Below are positions 8,657-17,628 of a stretch of 32,000 bases of DNA, one piece after another. The notes under the pieces were generated by a model. It saw only the letters and a program-made list of their open reading frames with translations, was not told the DNA's origin and did not search any database. The stretch is from an uncultured archaeon (lineage in GTDB: Archaea; Asgardarchaeota; Lokiarchaeia; Sigyniarchaeales; Promethearchaeaceae). The translations under genes were made by a program, and so were the position numbers. Within the stretch, counting starts at the first letter, position 1, and every line of letters begins with the position of its first letter. The DNA is taken from assembly GCA_964426185.1 (NCBI GenBank), contig CAYRPF010000010.1:26186-58185 (forward strand). The letters are read 5' to 3'.

Positions 8657-10471
8657 ATGCGAATTGCAGTAATTAACCGCGATAGCTGTAAACCCACTGA
8701 TTGCGCATCGGGACCAAACAAACCATGTATAAAATACTGTCCTAGAAATCGAACTGGTGATGAAACGATTAAATTAGGGGATGACGGATATCCCCACATT
8801 AATCCCCTTTTATGCTCAGGTTGCGGAATTTGTGTAAAAAAATGCCCTTTTCATTGTTATACAATTATAAATATTCCCGAAAAGCTGGAGAGCGAAGTTG
8901 TTCATAAATATTCACCTGATGGTTTCAGCCTTTTTCGAATGCTAATTCCTTCTAAAAGTAGAGTTCTTGGAGTAGTAGGTCAGAATGGAATTGGAAAATC
9001 AACCGCGCTAAAGATCCTTTCGGGTTCATTAAAAATGAATTTAGGTAAATTCGGAGAAGAAACACCTGAATGGGATGAAATCATTTCAAATTTTAAAGGA
9101 TCTACCCTCCAAGAATATTTTACTTTATTGAAAGATAAGAAATTAACAATAGTTCATAAACCTCAAGAAATTACCGAAATTCCGAATTTTGTAAAAGGAA
9201 AAGTAGTTGATCTACTCAAAAAAATAAATAACTCCCCAAAGATGGAAGAAATCGCTAAAAAATTAGATTTAGTTCATCTGTTAGAGAGAAATATTGGTGT
9301 TTTAAGTGGAGGGGAATTACAACGAGTTGCAATTGCAGCAGCACTACTACGGGATGGTGATTGTTATTTAATTGATGAACCTTCTTCATATTTAGATGTT
9401 TCTCAAAGGCTGAGGATGGCAAAATTAATACGAAATCTTCCTCAAGATTCAAAACGGGTGGTTGTTATCGAACATGACTTAGCGATTCTCGATTTTCTGA
9501 GTGATCAAGTATGTTTACTTTATGGAGAACCGGGAGCGTATGGTATAATTTCAAATGTAGCTGGTGTACGGGTTGGAATCAATACATTTCTAAATGGATA
9601 TATTAAAAGTGAAAACATGCGATTTAGGGAAGAGCCTATCCATTTCCATGAACGCCCTCCAACACAATCTCTTTTCTATTCTTCTAAGGTTGTTTGTGAA
9701 TATAACGATATGGAAACCCACCTGGGAGATTTTAAATTAAAAGTATGTGCTGGAGAAATCCATGCTGGTGAAGTAATTGGTATATTAGGTCCAAACGGAA
9801 GTGGAAAGACTACTTTTATAAATCTTATCGCTGGAAAAATAAAACCAACAAAGGGGATAAGCATCAATACTGAAGAATTAAAGATTGCAGTAAAACCTCA
9901 ATATATTGAATATGATCCAGAAAAATCTGTTTTGGATATACTTCAAAAAATCCGAGGATCCCCGTATTTTGATACTCAATATAAAAAACGAATTCTTCGA
10001 GGATTAAAAGTCGAACAATTAGAATCTAGAACAATAGGAGAACTTTCGGGGGGTGAATTACAAAGAGTTGCAATTGCCGATTGTCTTACTGAAGATGCGG
10101 ATCTTTACTTAATTGATGAACCTTCCGCATTTTTGGATGTAGAAATGCGCCTTGCTATGGCTATGATTCTCCGTAGATCAATAGAAAGTAATAAAAAAGC
10201 GGCATTTGTGGTAGAGCATGACATTATCACTCAAGATTTTATTAGTGATTCATTAATCGTATTTAAGGGCGATCCAGGGAATAGTTGTGCGTGCACGCCT
10301 CCTCAAGACTTACGTTCAGGAATGAACGAGTTTCTAAAGATGATGAACATTACTTTTAGAAGAGATCTCTCTACTGGGCGGCCTAGAGTAAACAAGTTGG
10401 GATCAAATATCGACAAAATGCAGAGAAAAATTGGAGAATATTATTATATTCCAACTAAAGACGAAGATTAA
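8657..10471 (+). CDS. rli: Ribosome recycling ATPase ABCE1/RLI
   Basis: N-terminal Fe-S cysteines (CKPTDC...CIKYCP, CSGCGICVKKCP), two ABC domains (GQNGIGKST, GPNGSGKTT, LSGGELQR twice), C-terminal GRPRVNK...GEYYY. Confidence 0.98.
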   Translation: MRIAVINRDSCKPTDCASGPNKPCIKYCPRNRTGDETIKLGDDGYPHINPLLCSGCGICVKKCPFHCYTIINIPEKLESEVVHKYSPDGFSLFRMLIPSKSRVLGVVGQNGIGKSTALKILSGSLKMNLGKFGEETPEWDEIISNFKGSTLQEYFTLLKDKKLTIVHKPQEITEIPNFVKGKVVDLLKKINNSPKMEEIAKKLDLVHLLERNIGVLSGGELQRVAIAAALLRDGDCYLIDEPSSYLDVSQRLRMAKLIRNLPQDSKRVVVIEHDLAILDFLSDQVCLLYGEPGAYGIISNVAGVRVGINTFLNGYIKSENMRFREEPIHFHERPPTQSLFYSSKVVCEYNDMETHLGDFKLKVCAGEIHAGEVIGILGPNGSGKTTFINLIAGKIKPTKGISINTEELKIAVKPQYIEYDPEKSVLDILQKIRGSPYFDTQYKKRILRGLKVEQLESRTIGELSGGELQRVAIADCLTEDADLYLIDEPSAFLDVEMRLAMAMILRRSIESNKKAAFVVEHDIITQDFISDSLIVFKGDPGNSCACTPPQDLRSGMNEFLKMMNITFRRDLSTGRPRVNKLGSNIDKMQRKIGEYYYIPTKDED

Positions 10472-10636
10472 TTTCAACTAACCCTAACTTTTTTCTTCCA
10501 TCCAAAATTTCTGTTTTTTAACCTTAATATTTAAATTTATCGACATTATTCGAAAAATTTAACTTTTATATTCACTTTTCTAAAGTAGATCCTTCATCTG
10601 AAGGATTCGAAAATAGTCATTCTGAGTGTGAAATAA

Positions 10637-11662
10637 ATGGGACATAGAAGGCAATCCGCCCCTCGACATGGATCTTTAGCATATCTTCCTCGAAAACGCG
10701 CAAGATATAATAAAGGTCGTGTCCGTCACTGGCGTCCTTATCCAGATAAGGACATTAGGTTCCAAGGATTTGCAGGATTTAAAGCAGGGATGACTCATGT
10801 TGCGTATATTGAAGATCAAGAACACAGTGCCTTTTTTGGAAAAGAAATCGTAAAGGCAGTTACTGTTCTTGAAACCCCTCCCTTAGTATTATTTGGAGTA
10901 AAAGTTTATCATAGGGATGAATACGGTTTAAATACCATCGGAGAAGTATATGCTAAAGAGTTAAAACCTGAATTAGGAAGAAAAATCCAATTACCAAATC
11001 CAGAGACTTATAATTTCGAGGAAAAACTTAAGGAATTAGAAGCAAAGATCCAAGATCATGATGAAGTTCGTGGATTATTCCATACACAACCATGGAAATC
11101 AAGTGTACCACGAATTAAACCAGATATTCTCGAAATAAATGTGACTGGCGGCAATGGCAATGCAAAAGCTCACTTCAATTTTGTAAAAGAGCGATTAGGT
11201 CAAGAAATAAGAGTTCGTGATGTTATCGAAGAAGGATCACTAATCGATACGATTGGTGTTTCCAAAGGTAAAGGTTTTCAAGGCGCAGTTAAAAAATTCG
11301 GGATAAAATTAATGTCTCGGAAAAATCGTAAAGGAAAACGACGAGTTGGTTGTATAGGTCCTTGGAAACCCCCAAAATTATTGTATACCATCGCCCGTTC
11401 GGGACAAATGGGATATCATCAACGAGTAGAATATAACAAACGAATCTTAAAGATTTCAGAAGATAGTGATGAAATCAATCCAAAAGGAGGATTCATTCGC
11501 TATGGTCTAGTTAAAAGTGATTATATGCTTTTACTTGGCTCAGTTCCAGGTCCTAAAAAGCGATTAATCCGACTGAGAGATTGTATGAGACCTCGTGATA
11601 ATTTCAAGGTATCCTCCCCTGAGATTACTTATATTAGTAAAATCAGTCAACAAGGAAAATAG
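10637..11662 (+). CDS. rpl3: 50S ribosomal protein uL3
   Basis: [45 protein letters not shown]. Confidence 0.98.
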   Translation: [341 protein letters not shown]

Positions 11663-11666
11663 GTGA
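11662..11666 (+). promoter_or_regulatory. Shine-Dalgarno motif GGTGA before rpl4 (GAGGTGA at 12459-12465 before rpl23)
   Basis: GGTGA lies 6 nt upstream of ATG 11673; GAGGTGA lies 6 nt upstream of ATG 12472. Confidence 0.7.
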
Positions 11667-11672
11667 AGAAAA

Positions 11673-12470
11673 ATGGCGAAAAATACGAAATCTGTTAAAA
11701 TACTCGGCTTAGATGGGACAGAAAAAGGAAATATCGAATTACCAGATGTGTTCAACCTATTTCCAAGATTTGATCTGATTCATCGTGCTGTAGTTTCTTC
11801 AGAATCTGCTCAAAAACAACCACAAGGAAGAGATCCATTAGCAGGAAAGCGAAACACTGCAGGAAGCTGGGGTACTGGATATGCTTCTGCAAGAGTTCCT
11901 CGTTTAACCGGATCTGGTTATCCATCTTCAAGAAATGCAGCATTTGCACCAGGAGTTGTAGGTGGGCGATTAGCTCATCCTCCACGTGCTGAAAAAGTAA
12001 TTTTAAAGCGAATAAATAAAAAAGAAAAAGTGAATGCTTTATTATCAGCTATTTCTGCAACTGGAAAATTTGATCTTATCCAAAACCGAGGGCATAAAAT
12101 TACTGAAGAAATGGAATTTCCATTGGTTATCGACGATAAACTCCAAACGTTAAAAAAATCTTCACAAGTGATGGAGGTTCTTGAAAAACTTGGCTTAAAT
12201 TTGGAATTAAAGCGAGTGAAAGAAGGAAAACAAATTCGAGCAGGAAAGGGAAAACGTCGAGGACGGAAGTACAAACGAAAAACTGGGCCTTTAATCGTTA
12301 TTAAAGATGATTTTGGGATCTTTAAAGCAGCTCGTAATATTCCAGGTGTTGATGTTATCAATGTTAATGAACTTAGTTGCAAATTATTGGCTCCAGGAAC
12401 CCATCCTGGTAGATTAGTTCTATGGACTCAATCTGCTTTCCAGCAGTTAAAGAAATTTGAGGTGAACTAA
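11673..12470 (+). CDS. rpl4: 50S ribosomal protein uL4
   Basis: [48 protein letters not shown]. Confidence 0.98.
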   Translation: MAKNTKSVKILGLDGTEKGNIELPDVFNLFPRFDLIHRAVVSSESAQKQPQGRDPLAGKRNTAGSWGTGYASARVPRLTGSGYPSSRNAAFAPGVVGGRLAHPPRAEKVILKRINKKEKVNALLSAISATGKFDLIQNRGHKITEEMEFPLVIDDKLQTLKKSSQVMEVLEKLGLNLELKRVKEGKQIRAGKGKRRGRKYKRKTGPLIVIKDDFGIFKAARNIPGVDVINVNELSCKLLAPGTHPGRLVLWTQSAFQQLKKFEVN

Positions 12471-12471
12471 A

Positions 12472-12738
12472 ATGGCAGATAATTATTACGCGATAATTAA
12501 AAAGCCTCTGGTAACTGAAAACACTTTTGATTTAATTGAAGATCAAAATAAAATCGTTTTTATCGTTGACCGTAAAGCAAATAAGTATCAGATCAAAAAA
12601 GCTATTGAAAAATTGTATGACGTTCAAGTTATTAAAGTCAATACATTAATTAATACTAAAGGAAGCAAAAAAGCATTTGTAAAACTCCATCCAAACTATT
12701 CTGCTGCAGATTTAGCAATAAAGCTTGGAATCTTTTAA
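12472..12738 (+). CDS. rpl23: 50S ribosomal protein uL23
   Basis: [34 protein letters not shown]. Confidence 0.98.
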   Translation: MADNYYAIIKKPLVTENTFDLIEDQNKIVFIVDRKANKYQIKKAIEKLYDVQVIKVNTLINTKGSKKAFVKLHPNYSAADLAIKLGIF

Positions 12739-12739
12739 G

Positions 12740-12775
12740 TTTCTTTTTTTTTCAATTCTTTCTTTTCTTTATTTC
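12740..12775 (+). terminator. T-rich archaeal terminator of the rpl3-rpl4-rpl23 operon
   Basis: Long oligo-T/pyrimidine tract immediately after the rpl23 stop, facing a convergent gene. Confidence 0.55.
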
Positions 12776-12855
12776 GTTCTAATGGGCAATCTACTAAACT
12801 TAGGTCAAATAGTCTGGTCTCTATCTAACAGTAGAGAAACGACAAGAAATCTTTA

Positions 12856-14358
12856 TTAAAAAAAATTTGAAAAGATCAACATTTTTACTACTAATGAAAT
12901 CACCAAAAAAGATCCTAAAAATAACAGATCCACTTTTTTAAGAATTTTTCCAGAAACCATGGTATTAAAAGAAAATAAAGTTATAATTAAAAAATAAAGA
13001 GGAAGAATTAAAAAATACCATAAATCATAAGTTTGTCCTATAAGTGGGGTATTACTTGAGAAATAATTGAAAATATGCATGTAATTTGAAAATATTACAT
13101 GAAAAGCATACACAAAGGGGCTTAAAATACTTAAATTGATCATCGATACTAATTTGAAAATTAAAGATTTACTTCGTATTTCGTTTTGTATGAGTTCTTT
13201 TTGTTTCTTAATTTTTTCATGTTTGATCAAGATGTCCTTAAAGGATTTGAAGAAATCTTGTCCTTGTGTGCAATTTATTTTTAAGATCTGAGAAAATGCT
13301 TCTATAATGATGAAAATACTCTTGTTTTTGGTTCTCTCTTTTAGAATATGAAAAAAAGCGTCAATTGGATTAAAACTTCCAATTATTAGATCTCTAATAT
13401 CTTTAATAGGTTTATTTGATGATTTTTGGAGAGAATTTAGAAGAGCTAATGGAGGAGAAAAGAATTGTAATTCGTAACTAAATAATTCAAAGAAATCAAT
13501 AACTTCATTCAATCCAATGTTCTTTGAATTTTTGCTTTTAATATAAATTAAAGGAAAAGAACTCTTCCATCTTTTAATTAAAAAGAAAAGCAACATCGTG
13601 AAGGATAAAATAATGAAAATAATATCTAAAATTGACTGAAAATAAAAAAGATTGACAGAAAAGAAAACAATTGGGAAAAAAAGGGTTAGAAAAACTAATA
13701 TTTCTAAGTGAGTCTTAAATTTTGGCAAATTAAATTCAAATTTATTCAACGTTTTTTCATCGAATTGAGAAATTAAGGAATTATTCAGATCATTTCGCTC
13801 AAGAATATAGCAGAATAAATCTTTAAATTCTTTTGAATAAAACTGAATTTCTTGCAAATTTTTGGTAATATTACCCCCACGAAAAATATTTTGAATTTTC
13901 TCTTTAATATTTATACCTAAACTTGGATTCTGAAAAAATATCTCAAAAATATATTGAAATGTATTAATTTGCCCAGAAAATGTTTTAGAAAAAAGTGACA
14001 AATTCAACAATATAAACCGATAGTTATCCATATTTTCATATTTTCGTTTTTGGATTTCTACATATAAGAAATTGTGAAGAAATGAGCCTAAAATAAAGAT
14101 AATAATTAAAGAAAAAAATAAAAATCCCGTAATTTTAATTAATAAAATATAAACAAAGAAAAAAAGGATGAAGATTAAGCAAAATATAAGTAAGTTAAAT
14201 TTTTGAATCTGAAATTGGGAAATTCCAAAAATAATTTCTACATCTCTCCATTTTTTTTCCCTTTTACGAAATAGAATTGGTGTAGATTTAAACATCAAAC
14301 ATGATTTAATATAGTATTTGAGAAGGAGATCATTCAAATGAAAATAAATTTCAATCAC
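12856..14358 (-). CDS. Multi-pass membrane protein, probable divergent TadC/FlaJ (T2SS-F) pilus platform
   Basis: Alternates TM pairs with ~120-aa soluble helical domains; FSYELQFFSPPLALLNS resembles the T2SS-F domain start. Lies downstream of the pilus ATPase. Start uncertain (GTG 14358 or ATG 14295). Confidence 0.6.
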   Translation of the reverse strand: MIEIYFHLNDLLLKYYIKSCLMFKSTPILFRKREKKWRDVEIIFGISQFQIQKFNLLIFCLIFILFFFVYILLIKITGFLFFSLIIIFILGSFLHNFLYVEIQKRKYENMDNYRFILLNLSLFSKTFSGQINTFQYIFEIFFQNPSLGINIKEKIQNIFRGGNITKNLQEIQFYSKEFKDLFCYILERNDLNNSLISQFDEKTLNKFEFNLPKFKTHLEILVFLTLFFPIVFFSVNLFYFQSILDIIFIILSFTMLLFFLIKRWKSSFPLIYIKSKNSKNIGLNEVIDFFELFSYELQFFSPPLALLNSLQKSSNKPIKDIRDLIIGSFNPIDAFFHILKERTKNKSIFIIIEAFSQILKINCTQGQDFFKSFKDILIKHEKIKKQKELIQNEIRSKSLIFKLVSMINLSILSPFVYAFHVIFSNYMHIFNYFSSNTPLIGQTYDLWYFLILPLYFLIITLFSFNTMVSGKILKKVDLLFLGSFLVISLVVKMLIFSNFF

Positions 14359-14877
14359 CTATTTAAAATGAATGTAGCCTATTGAATTACTAATTCCTGC
14401 TGTGTAGGTTGTTACAGAATTATTCAACCCATAAATTTTTGTATTTTTCGATATTTTGAATACATATTTTTGGAATAAACTGAAATTTTCAATATAAAAA
14501 AAAAAGGTAATTTCTAGATACTTCTTTTCAAAATATCCTTCAATTGTCCCATATTGGCAAAAACTAAGTTGTACCGTCTCATTAAATTCAGAATTTATTG
14601 ATGAATTTTCAATTCTATTCAAATTTTCTTCCAATTTAGAAGAGTCTTCCTTAACACTTTTTTCCCAGAAATCGTTTAATTGAAATTCAGGTAGTAAATA
14701 GTCTAAAGGAAAAAAAAACGGCAAAAACATTAAATTAAGAAGCAATCCAAAAGATATAATTAAGTATTTTTCAAGAATTTCACTCATTTCGTTATATTTC
14801 AGAAATAAAAGTATTAATATTCCGATATAACTGGTCAATTTGAAAAAAATTAAATTTTTTATTATTATTAAGTTCAA
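14359..14877 (-). CDS. Hypothetical membrane protein of the pilus cluster
   Basis: Two N-terminal hydrophobic segments then a soluble domain. Fills the gap between the ATPase and TadC-like genes and overlaps the ATPase 3' end, so the start is uncertain. Confidence 0.45.
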   Translation of the reverse strand: MNLIIIKNLIFFKLTSYIGILILLFLKYNEMSEILEKYLIISFGLLLNLMFLPFFFPLDYLLPEFQLNDFWEKSVKEDSSKLEENLNRIENSSINSEFNETVQLSFCQYGTIEGYFEKKYLEITFFFYIENFSLFQKYVFKISKNTKIYGLNNSVTTYTAGISNSIGYIHFK

Positions 14878-16825
14878 TGATAACCTCTTTAATTTTATCT
14901 AAAATTGATTGTAGTTGATTTCTTTTTAAGATAAAGATATTTTTATATTTATTATCTAAAAATTCTTGGATTTGTAACGCATTTTTTTTCCATCTGTGCT
15001 CTTGAAAATCAAAATTAAATAGTTTTAATATCTTTATTTCTTTCAAAACAGGAATGTAAACAATCTGGTAAATCGAGTGAATAAATCGTTGATGATTAGT
15101 TCTTTTCATTAATATAATGATCCCTAAATCATTCAAGCATGATTGGTTAATATTGTAATGAAAAATCCATCTGTTTATTAATCCATTAATTGAAGAGGCA
15201 TGCGTTGTTTGAAGTCCTTTTAATCCAGCACTAAGACAGTGAAACATTGCATGTGTTTCTAAATTGCTTAAAATCTCACCAAGAATAATGAAATCACCTG
15301 AACGATGTAGTAATTTATAAATCTGTTTTTGTTTAGAATCTTTTTCTAAAGCTTCTGGTTTCACTATATATTTCAATTGATGAGATAAATTATTGATTTT
15401 ACCTAAGGTTTCAATATTTTCTTCCACATAAATTTTCCTAAAATGAGAAGGGGCATACATATCAATTGCATTGAGTAATGTCGTTTTTCCAGAATTTACT
15501 TCTCCCACAATGGTTATATTTATTCTAAAATAAACTGAAAACAAGATAAAGCTAGCAATTTCAATATTTAAGGTCTTTAAATTAACTAGATCTAAAAGTG
15601 TTAAAGTTTTTTTTTTCAAATTCCGAATATCAATAGCTATATTTTTCCAATGTGATGGATAAATATCTACACTAAATCTCGCGTAAAAATACTTTGATTG
15701 AAAAACATGCATAACATTTGGATGTTCTAAATCTAATCTCTTTTTACTTTCCAAACACACATAAGTCTTGATTGCTTCAATTTCTACATTAGAAAGCATT
15801 AGATCACTTTCTAATCTACCGTAACGTTGATGGTTAATATATAATGGAGTTTCAATTTCATCTATAAAAATTTCTTCAATCATTTCATCTTGAAGAAAGA
15901 TAAAAATTTTCTCAAATTTTAAATATCTCAGCATTAAAATTAATGAAACTTTCTTTCGATCTTCACTAGTAAGTGAATTATAATATCCTGCTAAGTAATG
16001 AAAGAATTTACACGAAATATCATTGATTCGTTCAGATAAATTGGAAGAAATTAAAAAGTCAGATTTTCGGACTTTAAGAGAAACAAATTCAAGGATTTGA
16101 TCTAATTTTGATAAAACATCTGATCTTAAATTTATTTCATAACGGATTTTTTTACAATGAATATTATTTTCATATATAATGATGTCGATTAAATCTTGAA
16201 AAACTTGATACCTTGTAATTAGTTTCTCTTGATTATTTGGAATAATTCTGCTTTTTATTGGCATGCTTTGAGTTAAATTTACGAATATTTTCTTCAGAGT
16301 ATTAATATTCCAAGAGAGAATGGCATAGCTTATCCTAAGGTATTGTGAGATTTTTGATTTGTACTTTAATTTTTCAAATCCACTTAATATTTTTTGATTT
16401 TTTTTTTCATTTCTGTTCATTTTTTTATTTGAATTATCACTTAATTCCGAATGATAATCCAAAATTTCATAGAATCGTATGATAGAAAAAGGTTCTTTGA
16501 AAAAAGTATTACTTAAGATTTTTTTACTACTTCTACTTAGTTTCTTTCTTTTCTTACTATATTTCTTTTGAAATGATATATATAATTCTCTTAGTAGAGA
16601 GAGTACATTTATTTCTTCTTTTGATAGTACTTGATTAAAAGGGCATACCACTTCTTCGATAATTTTGTCTTTGTGTTTTATAAAATAACTGAAGATACAA
16701 TCAAAACAATCAGAATGATCACAATTTTTGAACCTTGAAGATAAATTTGGCAACAGTTTGTAAGATAAAGACTTGGTTGTTTGATTTGGTGATATTACAA
16801 CTTGAAAGATATCCATAATCTTCAA
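14792..16825 (-). CDS. TadA/CpaF/VirB11-family pilus assembly ATPase with Cys-rich N-terminal extension
   Basis: DEMIEEIFID, IAIDIRN, Walker A GEVNSGKTTLLNA, Asp-box YVEENIE, Walker B FIILGEI, His-box QTTHASS. Confidence 0.9.
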   Translation of the reverse strand: MKIMDIFQVVISPNQTTKSLSYKLLPNLSSRFKNCDHSDCFDCIFSYFIKHKDKIIEEVVCPFNQVLSKEEINVLSLLRELYISFQKKYSKKRKKLSRSSKKILSNTFFKEPFSIIRFYEILDYHSELSDNSNKKMNRNEKKNQKILSGFEKLKYKSKISQYLRISYAILSWNINTLKKIFVNLTQSMPIKSRIIPNNQEKLITRYQVFQDLIDIIIYENNIHCKKIRYEINLRSDVLSKLDQILEFVSLKVRKSDFLISSNLSERINDISCKFFHYLAGYYNSLTSEDRKKVSLILMLRYLKFEKIFIFLQDEMIEEIFIDEIETPLYINHQRYGRLESDLMLSNVEIEAIKTYVCLESKKRLDLEHPNVMHVFQSKYFYARFSVDIYPSHWKNIAIDIRNLKKKTLTLLDLVNLKTLNIEIASFILFSVYFRINITIVGEVNSGKTTLLNAIDMYAPSHFRKIYVEENIETLGKINNLSHQLKYIVKPEALEKDSKQKQIYKLLHRSGDFIILGEILSNLETHAMFHCLSAGLKGLQTTHASSINGLINRWIFHYNINQSCLNDLGIIILMKRTNHQRFIHSIYQIVYIPVLKEIKILKLFNFDFQEHRWKKNALQIQEFLDNKYKNIFILKRNQLQSILDKIKEVIIELNNNKKFNFFQIDQLYRNINTFISEI

Positions 16826-16853
16826 ATTTCGTGCACCTTAATAAAAAACGACA

Positions 16854-17339
16854 TTAAAATGCCAAAGAAAAAAAAATAGAGAAAAGAAAAAAAGGTGCCA
16901 GTGGGGTTTTATCTTCTTTTTTCTTTCCAAAAAAAATTTTGTAGAAACAAATAGAAAGAAGAAAGAAGAAAAAAAAAGCAAATAAATCTGGAAACTCAAT
17001 TAAGAAAAAAGCACCACTCAATGACAAATTATGGTTAAATACAGGATTTACTAAAATAAGAAGAGTTATTTTAATATCAGCTCCCCCTAACTGCTCTTTT
17101 TTATATAATTGGAGAAATATAAGACTGATCAACACTTTGGTTAAAAAAATATCAAATTGCCAAACCCAATTGCCTAAAAAGAAAGAAACTATTGAAATCA
17201 ATAAAATCATAATAAAAGCTTCAAAAACTAATATCGAATCAATTTTCTGAAATAAAATATCTTCCAAACTAAAAAGAAAATAGAAAAACAGACTCATAAA
17301 ATATAAAAGAATAACAATATATCCATTATTCATAATCAT
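16854..17339 (-). CDS. Prepilin peptidase (A24 family)
   Basis: Multi-TM; first Asp in SLEDILFQKID, catalytic GGADIK, C-terminal PLAPFF. Confidence 0.85.
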   Translation of the reverse strand: MIMNNGYIVILLYFMSLFFYFLFSLEDILFQKIDSILVFEAFIMILLISIVSFFLGNWVWQFDIFLTKVLISLIFLQLYKKEQLGGADIKITLLILVNPVFNHNLSLSGAFFLIEFPDLFAFFFFFLLSICFYKIFFGKKKEDKTPLAPFFLFSIFFSLAF

Positions 17340-17628
17340 CCCAAAATTCTATAAGGTTCTTAATTGCACGAGCTCGTATATTTTCATCACAAAACCTATA
17401 GATTTTAATTCGACCAAAACACTTTTCTTCTACAATCTTTGCTTTTATTAGTAATTCTAAATGTTTTTTTACGCTATTATGGTTTAAACCGGACATTTTT
17501 ACAATATATGAGATATTTGTTTCATGAGAAAAAACTAAGATTTTAATTATTTTTGTTCTTCCTTTAGAAGCAAAAATATCTTCAATATTGTATGAATTTT
17601 CTTTAATTATACTTTGCATAATGTTCAC
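17326..17628 (-). CDS. Winged helix-turn-helix (ArsR-like) protein
   Basis: IFASKGRTKIIKIL...NISYIVKMSGLNHNSVKKHLELLIKAKIV...GRIKIY. Alternative start is ATG 17619. Confidence 0.88.
   Translation of the reverse strand: MNIMQSIIKENSYNIEDIFASKGRTKIIKILVFSHETNISYIVKMSGLNHNSVKKHLELLIKAKIVEEKCFGRIKIYRFCDENIRARAIKNLIEFWDDYE

Noticed and set aside
2274-12382. Short alternative-frame or antisense ORFs in the track (2274-2465, 2648-2830, 3331-3606, 3950-4132, 6421-6702, 7974-8171, 8050-8277, 8596-8799, 9255-9452, 9676-9867, 11564-11755, 11752-11985, 11975-12382)
   Set aside because: All overlap well-supported genes and show no recognisable motifs; treated as shadow ORFs.
12781-12850. Small hairpin TCTCTA/TAGAGA (12818-12837) followed by ACA between rpl23 and the TadC-like gene (possible H/ACA sRNA)
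   Set aside because: The stem is short, with no K-loop or convincing guide pocket; it could be chance or part of a terminator.
14356-14361. In-frame TAG directly followed by GTG between the 172-aa ORF and the TadC-like gene (possible read-through, pyrrolysine or nonsense mutation)
   Set aside because: The same stop-then-GTG junction occurs at cdc6/wHTH with TAA, and TAGGTGA is also the SD-type junction at rpl3/rpl4. No Pyl machinery is visible. A fused ancestral gene cannot be excluded without homolog alignment.
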